A stretch of DNA of 64,000 nucleotides from a virus (lineage: Duplodnaviria > Caudoviricetes). The stretch lies in the IMG/VR virus record IMGVR_UViG_3300032040_000005, positions 9,936-73,935 of that record. The stretch is one strand, 5' to 3'. A program made the translations under genes and the position numbers. Shown in pieces: positions 39,055 to 46,117 of this stretch. The notes below the pieces were generated by a model. The model did not search any database, was not told the origin of the DNA, and saw nothing but the letters and a program-made list of their open reading frames with translations. Numbering within the stretch: position 1 is the first letter of the stretch; each line of letters begins with the position of its first letter.

Positions 39055-39390
39055 ATGGATATTAAACACAGCACAGAGTTACTGGATTTCGTAGGCGCAA
39101 TCATTGTCAGCGTTATCTCAGGTATCATATCTATTGCTCGCAGAGTTACTGCGGGACACAAAGCATCTATACTTTGGGTCATTAGTGAATTTATGATGGC
39201 CATTATGTCCGGTTACCTGATGTACACCGCTTACCCGCATATACGTGAATCCATGCCCGCATGGTTTACGTTGCCTATTGCAGTGGCTTTCTCAGCTCAC
39301 GTAGGTGGTAAAGTATTCCAGGAAGTTGAGAGTGCCCTCATTAGGAAATACACATCTGTTATCGGTATACGCCCATGCGACCATAGATAA
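39055..39390 (+). CDS. Putative holin
   Basis: 111 aa with three hydrophobic segments (SVISGIISI, EFMMAIMSGY, AFSAHVGG). Confidence 0.55.
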   Translation: MDIKHSTELLDFVGAIIVSVISGIISIARRVTAGHKASILWVISEFMMAIMSGYLMYTAYPHIRESMPAWFTLPIAVAFSAHVGGKVFQEVESALIRKYTSVIGIRPCDHR

Positions 39391-39449
39391 ACTCTTCACA
39401 CCCCCAGGAGTAGGTGGGGCTAATAATCTGCTTCAGCATAGGCTTTTTT

Positions 39450-39767
39450 ATCCTCGCCATTCGTATGTGGTGGGTGGATTGATACGTTAAGCGTGGTTAC
39501 CCCTTCGGGACAACTGCTGTGCTTATCGAGGATTGAAACCAGAGTGACTGTGTATTGTAGCCCCTGAGTACCGTTAACCCGCGATTCGTCACACGGTTAT
39601 CAAACGTCATACAGGGTCTACCCTTACCCCTTCCCGATCTATTTTATTTATCAGAGAGTATCGAAACAGCCTCTTGCGTTCAGACCCGTTGCAAGCGATG
39701 TGTTACAAAACTGTAGAGAGTCGGAACGGGGTGACTCCCTATAAGTTGTACGTGTTTCGGTACTCCC
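39450..39767 (+). ncRNA. Candidate structured non-coding RNA
   Basis: ORF-free region with several complementary helices, many closed by G-U pairs that work on the + transcript; see findings. Family not recognised. Confidence 0.45.
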
Positions 39768-39794
39768 CCATAAATAAACCAAAGGAATTACATT

Positions 39795-40289
39795 ATGTCA
39801 GTTAGTAGAGAAAAGTTTGAACGTCGTTTCCCAAAACCTATAGGAGTCGGCTTTAACCAAGAGCTTCAGAGGTACGAAGCCAGCGTTTATAGCGAGCCAT
39901 CTGTTAGTAAATACAACGCTATTTGGAATGGATGGCAAGCATCCCGCGCACAGGATGGCGGGGAGCCGGTGGCTGATTTTGAAATCGAGTGTGATTGTGG
40001 CGACTTTTACCGGGCTGACAGTTTCGGTGCAGGGTTTATCGCCGGCGTAGGTATGTGTGAAAACTGTCTGACAACGCACACCTCAGTCCACCCGCCCAGC
40101 GCCGTGGTGCCGGAGTGGATTAAGTGCAGCGAGCGAATTACAGAGAATAGATGCCTCGCGTACACACCGAATGACGACCCCGGAATAATGTTCAGAATTG
40201 TACCGGCTAGATTGTTAAAACAGTCTTCTGATGTAACCCACTGGATGCCACTGCCACAACCACCAAAAAAGCAGGAGCAAGAATCGTGA
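39795..40289 (+). CDS. Eaa/DUF551-domain protein
   Basis: C-terminal WIKCSER...VTHWMPLPQPPK; internal CDC...CENC zinc ribbon. Confidence 0.7.
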   Translation: MSVSREKFERRFPKPIGVGFNQELQRYEASVYSEPSVSKYNAIWNGWQASRAQDGGEPVADFEIECDCGDFYRADSFGAGFIAGVGMCENCLTTHTSVHPPSAVVPEWIKCSERITENRCLAYTPNDDPGIMFRIVPARLLKQSSDVTHWMPLPQPPKKQEQES

Positions 40290-40771
40290 CCAAAACACCT
40301 GAAACAATCTACCTGATCCATGGCGGGTATGATGGCGAGCAAGGGCTTGTGTGGTGCGACGATCCAGCGCCAGATTCGTATTGTGATCCAGCCGCGGCGG
40401 TTAAGTATGTGCGTGCTGATGTTGCAATGGAGTTGAGGCGGCTTGCCTCAATGCGGAGTCGGGCACAAGTGACCGAACTGGTGACGGCTTTGCGAGATGC
40501 CGCAGACATAATCCTGGCCGATGCTAACACAGAGCAGAACTACGGCTCGCTTTGTCGCATAGGCAACGTACTGGACAAGGACTCATCCGCTGCATGGCTA
40601 CTGCGGCAAAAGGCTGAGAAGTTAGACGAGGTGGCGAAGCTTGTATTAGATGCGGGTGATTTGGCAACTGTGGCAAGCATCTACGAAGGGCTAATGAGCA
40701 ATGCTGCCAGCTTACGCCAAGCCGCCGCTGAGGCCGACAAGGCCGACAAGGCGGGAAGTGGTAATGAGTGA
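40286..40771 (+). CDS. Hypothetical prophage-type protein
   Basis: MTKTPETIYL...VWCDDP...AVKYVRAD. Confidence 0.6.
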   Translation: MTKTPETIYLIHGGYDGEQGLVWCDDPAPDSYCDPAAAVKYVRADVAMELRRLASMRSRAQVTELVTALRDAADIILADANTEQNYGSLCRIGNVLDKDSSAAWLLRQKAEKLDEVAKLVLDAGDLATVASIYEGLMSNAASLRQAAAEADKADKAGSGNE

Positions 40772-41042
40772 TGTGACCTGCCCATACTGTGAAGCTGAAC
40801 AAGAGATAAACCACGACGATGGTTACGGCTATGAAGAAGGCGAGAAGCATGAACAAGAGTGCTTTACTTGCGAGCGAGAGGTCAATTTCACAACTTCAAT
40901 CAGCTTCAACTATGACGTTTTCTGCAAAGACGGCGACCACGTAATGGAACCCTTCGGTGACAAGTGGCCACTTATGTATGAGTGCGAAAACTGTAACTTC
41001 TTTGAACGCAGAAAGGATGAAACCAATGAAAGAGCTACATGA
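40764..41042 (+). CDS. Zinc-ribbon protein
   Basis: CPYC, CFTC and CENC motifs. Confidence 0.6.
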   Translation: MSDVTCPYCEAEQEINHDDGYGYEEGEKHEQECFTCEREVNFTTSISFNYDVFCKDGDHVMEPFGDKWPLMYECENCNFFERRKDETNERAT

Positions 41043-41241
41043 AAGCAAAGGTAAAAAGGGCGGGCGTTGTAATGTAACTGCCTGTCAGCAACCAGGTGCC
41101 TGGTATTTCAACAAATCTACCAGGGCTTACTACTGCCAAGAATGTGCCAACGAGGTAAACTATTTTGGTGGCCGATCACTCACTTTGGAGTTGTACGGTA
41201 CGCCTCTATTGTGTGAACTGGATGAAACCAATGACGGATAG
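41026..41241 (+). CDS. Small Cys-rich protein
   Basis: CNVTAC...YYCQECA. Confidence 0.55.
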   Translation: MKELHESKGKKGGRCNVTACQQPGAWYFNKSTRAYYCQECANEVNYFGGRSLTLELYGTPLLCELDETNDG

Positions 41242-41440
41242 AAGCATGAAAAATCTGTATGAAAAATTCTGTAATGGTGATCCTATTACTGATGAGCAGC
41301 TTGACGAAGGCATCAGATTTTTCCATATGTTGACAATCAAACTCTCCAGCTTGGGACCAGTTTTCCGTTTAGCACAAAATGAATCAAATAGAGTGCTTAG
41401 TAGGTTGCAAGATTATTATGATGCCAGGAATGAAACATGA
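41231..41440 (+). CDS. Hypothetical protein
   Basis: 69 aa, coupled to the previous gene. Confidence 0.55.
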   Translation: MTDRSMKNLYEKFCNGDPITDEQLDEGIRFFHMLTIKLSSLGPVFRLAQNESNRVLSRLQDYYDARNET

Positions 41441-41583
41441 TCTTCATTTCCTTTGTACTATTCATGACCTTGGGAATGTTGATGGAATCGCAAGGTCTAA
41501 CAGACCTCGTAGCCTATGCCTTCATGGGTTACGCGTGTGGAGCCATTGGTTTTAACAAACAAAACTTTCTAACAGCGAGCTAG
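41437..41583 (+). CDS. Small membrane protein
   Basis: 48 aa hydrophobic ORF; ATGA overlap. Confidence 0.4.
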   Translation: MIFISFVLFMTLGMLMESQGLTDLVAYAFMGYACGAIGFNKQNFLTAS

Positions 41584-41586
41584 TTT

Positions 41587-41742
41587 ATGGAGAATGAAAC
41601 CAGGTACAACATCGTAACGGATGATGATGAGATTTTAGAGTATGATCTCGATCTGTTCTTAGCTGAAACCCTGCTCTGCTCTCACATCAACGGTGGAGCT
41701 GATGCTTACATTGAAATTATCGAACCAGAGGACACACAATGA
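41587..41742 (+). CDS. Small acidic protein
   Basis: 51 aa; ATGA overlap with xis. Confidence 0.45.
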   Translation: MENETRYNIVTDDDEILEYDLDLFLAETLLCSHINGGADAYIEIIEPEDTQ

Positions 41743-41987
41743 ATCCAATACTTAATCCCGCCTACGTTCAAATCCCAAAGAAAGAAGCTGCCACCATTTT
41801 AGGCATCAGTGTCTCTGAATTGGATCGTCGTAGAATCAGTGACGACCGCTGCCCGAATGGTTTCAAAGAGCGTGATGATAAAATGGCTCCGGTGAAGTTC
41901 CGACTCTCGGACATCTACACGTACTCCGAAGCCATTATGAACAGTGCTATTCCGGCTACTCAGTTAAAAGGTGCATCGGTCTCTTAG
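41739..41987 (+). CDS. xis: Excisionase / recombination directionality factor (AlpA-like HTH)
   Basis: KKEAATILGISVSELDRRR...CP.G...VKFRLSDI winged HTH; convergent with int and overlapping it by 32 bp. Confidence 0.75.
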   Translation: MNPILNPAYVQIPKKEAATILGISVSELDRRRISDDRCPNGFKERDDKMAPVKFRLSDIYTYSEAIMNSAIPATQLKGASVS

Positions 41988-43185
41988 GCTTACCCTTACC
42001 CGTTTCTAAATAATCCAGATAATCCGCGTACCAACACATCATTTCCCGGCGCTTATCCAAATACTGTGCCTGGTTATATACCCCAGCGTCACCGCCTTCA
42101 ACGTGTGCTAACTGCATCTCTACGTAGTCTTTATCCCAACGGTGTTCACGTAACAACGTGCTGGCTGTGTGCCTTGCACCGTGACCTACAAGCTTGCCTT
42201 TGTACCCGACTAACCGCAGACACTTATTAATCGTGTTCTCGCTCATCGTGGGGTTCTTAGTACCAAAGCCTGGGAACACATACTTACCCCGTCCTGACGT
42301 TTCATGCATGGTTCGCAGTTCAGCCACTGTTTGAGGTGCCAACGGGATAAGGTGATCTCGACGCATCTTCATTTTTGCAGCGGGTATCGTCCATAAGGCG
42401 TTATCCAAATCCATATCAACCCATTCACTAAATCGTGCCATGCCTGGGCGACACGCTGTACGCAGCACCAGGCGTGTCATGGTTAAGGTGATCTGTTTAC
42501 TCGTAGACTTTCTAAGGGCCATAAGGAAAGCCGGCAACTCGTCTTCTAATAGATGAGGGTGCGGCGTTTCCTGATGACCTTGTTGAGCCAGATGACGTAA
42601 CTCACTTGCGGGGTTTACAGTGCAATGGCCTTGAGCCATCGCCAGTGAGAATATTTGATTGATCCAGAGTCTTACTTTACCGGCAATGGCACCGGCACCC
42701 CGGGCTTCCATCTTTGATTGGATCGCCGCACAGTCTAATCGTGTGACTGCATCCAACGCTTTGTGGCCAATGGCCGGATAGATGTCTTTGTTCAAATACA
42801 ACTCATATTGATAAAGGCTACCCGCTACGCGGCCTGCCTTTATCTTACGGTCATACCAGTCTTCAGCGGCTTCTTTAAAAGTCATCTTTTCTTGTATACC
42901 CGAACCCAAGTGTACAAGATCTTCACCGTCTGAGGATTGGCTCAGCAGCTCTTTAGCATTCTCGCGGGCCAACTTACCGGAGACTCGCGGGTATCCGCCC
43001 AGACCTTTCCAGGCCCATTTACCGTTGGGACGCTTATACCGTAAGACCCAGGACTTGCCACCGTTAGTCTTCACACGGAAGTACAAACCTTCGCTGTCAC
43101 GCTCCTGGTAATCCGTGGTGTCTGGCTCTAAGGCGTTGAGAACACTGTCTGCCAGGGGACGCCGCTTAATCGCTGATCGCTTCAT
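41956..43185 (-). CDS. int: Tyrosine integrase, P4 family, with N-terminal arm-binding domain
   Basis: GLYFRV...KSWVLRY arm domain; catalytic R (ACRPG), HGAR, LAH and Y (YNQAQY) all present. Confidence 0.93.
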   Translation of the reverse strand: MKRSAIKRRPLADSVLNALEPDTTDYQERDSEGLYFRVKTNGGKSWVLRYKRPNGKWAWKGLGGYPRVSGKLARENAKELLSQSSDGEDLVHLGSGIQEKMTFKEAAEDWYDRKIKAGRVAGSLYQYELYLNKDIYPAIGHKALDAVTRLDCAAIQSKMEARGAGAIAGKVRLWINQIFSLAMAQGHCTVNPASELRHLAQQGHQETPHPHLLEDELPAFLMALRKSTSKQITLTMTRLVLRTACRPGMARFSEWVDMDLDNALWTIPAAKMKMRRDHLIPLAPQTVAELRTMHETSGRGKYVFPGFGTKNPTMSENTINKCLRLVGYKGKLVGHGARHTASTLLREHRWDKDYVEMQLAHVEGGDAGVYNQAQYLDKRREMMCWYADYLDYLETGKGKPKRPMHLLTE

Positions 43186-43197
43186 GTACCTCTCCTT

Positions 43198-43432
43198 GTA
43201 TACCCGAACCGGAAGTATACACAGAGGTATACACGAAAGGTACTACTGCTGTGGGTAAGCAGGAAGAGGCTTGAGGGCTTGATTAGGGCTTAACGATATG
43301 ATTTAGAAGGGTATTTGTGAGGTCTGAGGAGGTGTGAAAATCTTCCGGTGGTAGCGGCGGGCTAACCCAAACCGCGCTTGTAAAACAGGTGCTTACAACT
43401 CAATAACAGTTCTGTGTACAAGCGTGTGTACA
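43198..43432. promoter_or_regulatory. Putative attP: arm-type repeats flanking a tRNA-3'-like core (43347-43361)
   Basis: GTATACAC at 43215 and 43227; TGTGTACA at 43413 and 43425 (both 12-bp period, roughly inverted relative to each other). Core on the - strand is CCCGCCGCTACCACC. Confidence 0.55.
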
Positions 43433-43475
43433 CGCTTTTCTCTACTAAGATTCTGATATTACGGGTGACCTATAG

Positions 43476-43499
43476 AAAAAGCCCCCAGTAAAGGGGGCT
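43476..43499 (-). terminator. Rho-independent terminator ending the tail/lysis operon
   Basis: On the - strand AGCCCCC-TTTACT-GGGGGC followed by TTTTT. Confidence 0.7.
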
Positions 43500-43536
43500 G
43501 TCTGTGCGAGAAGACTACGTGGGGATAGCCCCACGG

Positions 43537-43938
43537 TCAACCTGGCTTGGCTTTCATCCTGTTCACCACGCCTTCCAGGGCACCGCCACCAAAGTAGAAA
43601 GCAGCCACAAGGGCCACCGGTGTACCGAGTGTCGCGTTGTTTAGTTGGCCTACCTCTTTAGCCGCTTGCGTTAGCTGGGCACCATAGACCGGATCAACCA
43701 TACCTGCTGCCAGCATGAATCCAGCACACAGTACCCAGATGAGTACGAAGGGAATCGCAAGCACCAGCATCAACAGACGCTGTGCAATCTTAAAAGGTTC
43801 GTACCCTTTGAGCAGGCTCAGGAATCCTTTAGACTTTTCCTCATCTGTGTAGAACGCAGCATCGACGCCATTGTAAATACCATCGGCTGCTTTCTTGATG
43901 ACGTTCTCATTACCGAACAGTGTTGCAAATATCCCCAT
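43537..43938 (-). CDS. Putative holin (GTA 3TM-holin-like)
   Basis: FYTDEEK motif, two hydrophobic helices, FYFGG near the C-terminus. Confidence 0.6.
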   Translation of the reverse strand: MGIFATLFGNENVIKKAADGIYNGVDAAFYTDEEKSKGFLSLLKGYEPFKIAQRLLMLVLAIPFVLIWVLCAGFMLAAGMVDPVYGAQLTQAAKEVGQLNNATLGTPVALVAAFYFGGGALEGVVNRMKAKPG

Positions 43939-43955
43939 ACCGTTCTCCTGTTGGT

Positions 43956-44201
43956 TTACTGCAATGCCAGCATTTGCTTGGCATACCGTACATCAGCTTC
44001 AAAGCTCACCAGACAATGATCCATTTGCCAAAAGAATGTTGCGTTAATAATATTCCGTGCTTTATTCCACCCTGGCTTGTGCCGGTTAACGTAACACCGA
44101 GCTGAGACGGTCTGATCGTGATGACCCAACAGGATAAAGAGGTTCACGGTCTGGCTACACCAGGCCGCTACTCGTGAGAGAAAGCCGATCATATCGACCA
44201 A
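43956..44201 (-). CDS. Hypothetical protein
   Basis: 81 aa; DQTVSARCY...FFWQMDHC. Confidence 0.55.
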   Translation of the reverse strand: MVDMIGFLSRVAAWCSQTVNLFILLGHHDQTVSARCYVNRHKPGWNKARNIINATFFWQMDHCLVSFEADVRYAKQMLALQ

Positions 44202-44283
44202 ACCATGGTAGGCAATACAGCGTACATAGTGCCACCAGTTTCGCTAGTTACAGTGTTACAGTTGGATCGGTAAAAGTGGATTT

Positions 44284-44877
44284 TCATAATGCTGACGCCT
44301 GTATGAACAGGTCATCTAGTTGTGTATCTGTCAACCCCAACGCTGCACCTAATAGTGACACTAATTGTTTACCTCTATCCACATACTGAGAGTATTCCCA
44401 TTCAATAGTCGCATTGGTTTTGTCCGGCTCCGTCATAGCTGCTAACGCACCTTCCACATCTTGCAGCAAAGCGTTAACCGCCAAAGCCAGTCTGGCCTGC
44501 CTCATGGTCACCCTGTCAGGTGTTATATTGGTCGGGTAATATGTGAGGTCGGGTACATCGGTATTGACCCAGTAGTCGGCCAGTACTTTTGCCAGTTTCT
44601 TCAGCATTGAATGCTGGGCTTCATTTTCTGGGTCACCCTGTAATGAGGCAATCTCACTACCAAATGTCGGGTAGTGTGTTTTCATAATCTCTTCAATAAT
44701 GGTGTTACGATCCGACAACTTATCAACACGAGCCGTTTGGTACGTATATGCAGTCTCAGCGGTACCCTCTACATTCGTTCGTGACAGCACCTTTTTATTA
44801 AAGTTAATCAAGAGTCTGCGACCCATGACTTGATACGTGTTCAGCTCTACTGGGGATTCTGTCGTTGAGTTAGACAT
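44284..44877 (-). CDS. Two-domain protein; C-terminal half resembles tail-fibre assembly chaperones
   Basis: C-terminal VTMRQARLAL...IEWEYS...LGLTDTQLDDLFIQA; overlaps the RT stop by 8 bp. Confidence 0.55.
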   Translation of the reverse strand: MSNSTTESPVELNTYQVMGRRLLINFNKKVLSRTNVEGTAETAYTYQTARVDKLSDRNTIIEEIMKTHYPTFGSEIASLQGDPENEAQHSMLKKLAKVLADYWVNTDVPDLTYYPTNITPDRVTMRQARLALAVNALLQDVEGALAAMTEPDKTNATIEWEYSQYVDRGKQLVSLLGAALGLTDTQLDDLFIQASAL

Positions 44878-45829
44878 TCATTAGTACCTCTCTTCCTGGT
44901 TGCCAAAGTCCTTTATTGTTTAATGGTTTTATCCACCCCCAATAAGCGGTAATACTCATTATCCATTTAATACGCACAGACTCCAGATATCTATATTTTA
45001 TAGTAGCGCGTAGACGAGTACAGTCGCTGAAAAAGACGTACCCACAAAAATCTAAACCATTGCTGGCCAGGGATTGAATAATCCAAGTGGGTTTAATTAT
45101 AAGTCCTAGTTTATTCACCTGTTGCTCAATTCTTTTTTGTGCTGACCTTAACCATTTTTTACAAGAACCCAATACAATAAGATCATCGCAGTAACGGAAG
45201 TAATACTTCACTTTTAAGTTTTGTTTTGCGTACCAATCCACAGTAGATAAAACCATATTACCCAGCATCTGGGATATGTAATTGCCTATGGGGAGCCCTT
45301 CAACACTTTCAATAATATTATCCAGCAATACGAGAGTACGTGGGCATTTTATATGACGCCGAACGCATAGCTTGCTGATCTGCTGTTTCACCGATGGGTA
45401 GAACTTCTTAATGTCCATTTGCAGATAGTAGGTAGGCCTGCCTTTCCGTATGGCTTTCTGCACACGTCGTCGTGCGTCTGAGGTGCCACGGCCCTTCAGT
45501 GATTGAAAAGTGTCCCTTATCAGTGAACGTTTCCAGATATCACCAACAACTTGCATAATGGCGTGGTGAACAATTCGATCTGGGAAATAAGGCAGTACGT
45601 GTATCACACGAAGCTTACTGCCTTCTACCCGTTCCATAACGCGATACTCGTTGGTTTGATACGTACCATTCATAAGTTGATCGTGTAGCTGCTGGAGGTA
45701 AAACTCCTCGTGCTTATTAACCTCCACCACTTCTTTATAATGGCCCTTACCTTTTGAGGCTTTTTTATGAGCCTCATGTAAATTGTCCATAGATGCGATT
45801 TCATCAAAAAGATTACCGTACCGTTTCAT
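44870..45829 (-). CDS. DGR reverse transcriptase (Brt-like)
   Basis: 319 aa; KGRGT, MDIKKFYPSV, DGR-type LPIGNYISQ (GxxxSQ), RYCDD, GLDFCGY; no maturase or endonuclease domain. Confidence 0.95.
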   Translation of the reverse strand: MKRYGNLFDEIASMDNLHEAHKKASKGKGHYKEVVEVNKHEEFYLQQLHDQLMNGTYQTNEYRVMERVEGSKLRVIHVLPYFPDRIVHHAIMQVVGDIWKRSLIRDTFQSLKGRGTSDARRRVQKAIRKGRPTYYLQMDIKKFYPSVKQQISKLCVRRHIKCPRTLVLLDNIIESVEGLPIGNYISQMLGNMVLSTVDWYAKQNLKVKYYFRYCDDLIVLGSCKKWLRSAQKRIEQQVNKLGLIIKPTWIIQSLASNGLDFCGYVFFSDCTRLRATIKYRYLESVRIKWIMSITAYWGWIKPLNNKGLWQPGREVLMNV

Positions 45830-45944
45830 AGCTATCCTTTAATGCTATACAGCGCCCAAGCGTTTCAGACCAACACGGTTTACTAAGCTTTTGTGGGATG
45901 CGTTTACGCCTTTCGGCGGGATTCTTTGTTTTCCAATATTCTAT

Positions 45945-46060
45945 AGCAAGCTGCCTGGCGATACTCCGATTCCGATTGCCTGAGCCATTATTCACATTGA
46001 CGTAAGAAGGACTGACATTCGTACCATTCGAGGTGTTACCACCTACATGAGCTATCTTCC
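45945..46060 (-). repeat. DGR template repeat (TR), 116 nt
   Basis: Rich in AAT/AAC codons in the VR frame; matches VR at every non-adenine position. Confidence 0.95.
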
Positions 46061-46117
46061 GTGCCTAACAAAGAACCCCTCATTTTAAGTCATTATTCTC
46101 CTTAATTATTTAATAGA

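Noticed and set aside
39390-39790. Possible tRNA cluster, as many N4-like phages have
   Set aside because: No TTCRA T-loop with a cloverleaf found on either strand; kept as an unidentified structured RNA instead.
40726-40752. 9-bp tandem GGCCGACAA repeat
   Set aside because: In-frame ADK duplication at a protein C-terminus; no sign of a larger system.
43330-43348. Resemblance to the selC 3' end (TGTGA..ATCTTCCG)
   Set aside because: Needs a 3-nt gap, lacks CCA and points away from int; the - strand core fits better.
44870-45829. Group II intron or retron RT
   Set aside because: No maturase/endonuclease domain, no intron structure and no VTG retron motif; the GxxxSQ motif and TR/VR pair define a DGR.
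45813-45995. 60-aa ORF MNNGSGNRNR...
   Set aside because: It is the TR read in the VR frame plus spacer; no RBS. An artefact of the DGR RNA.
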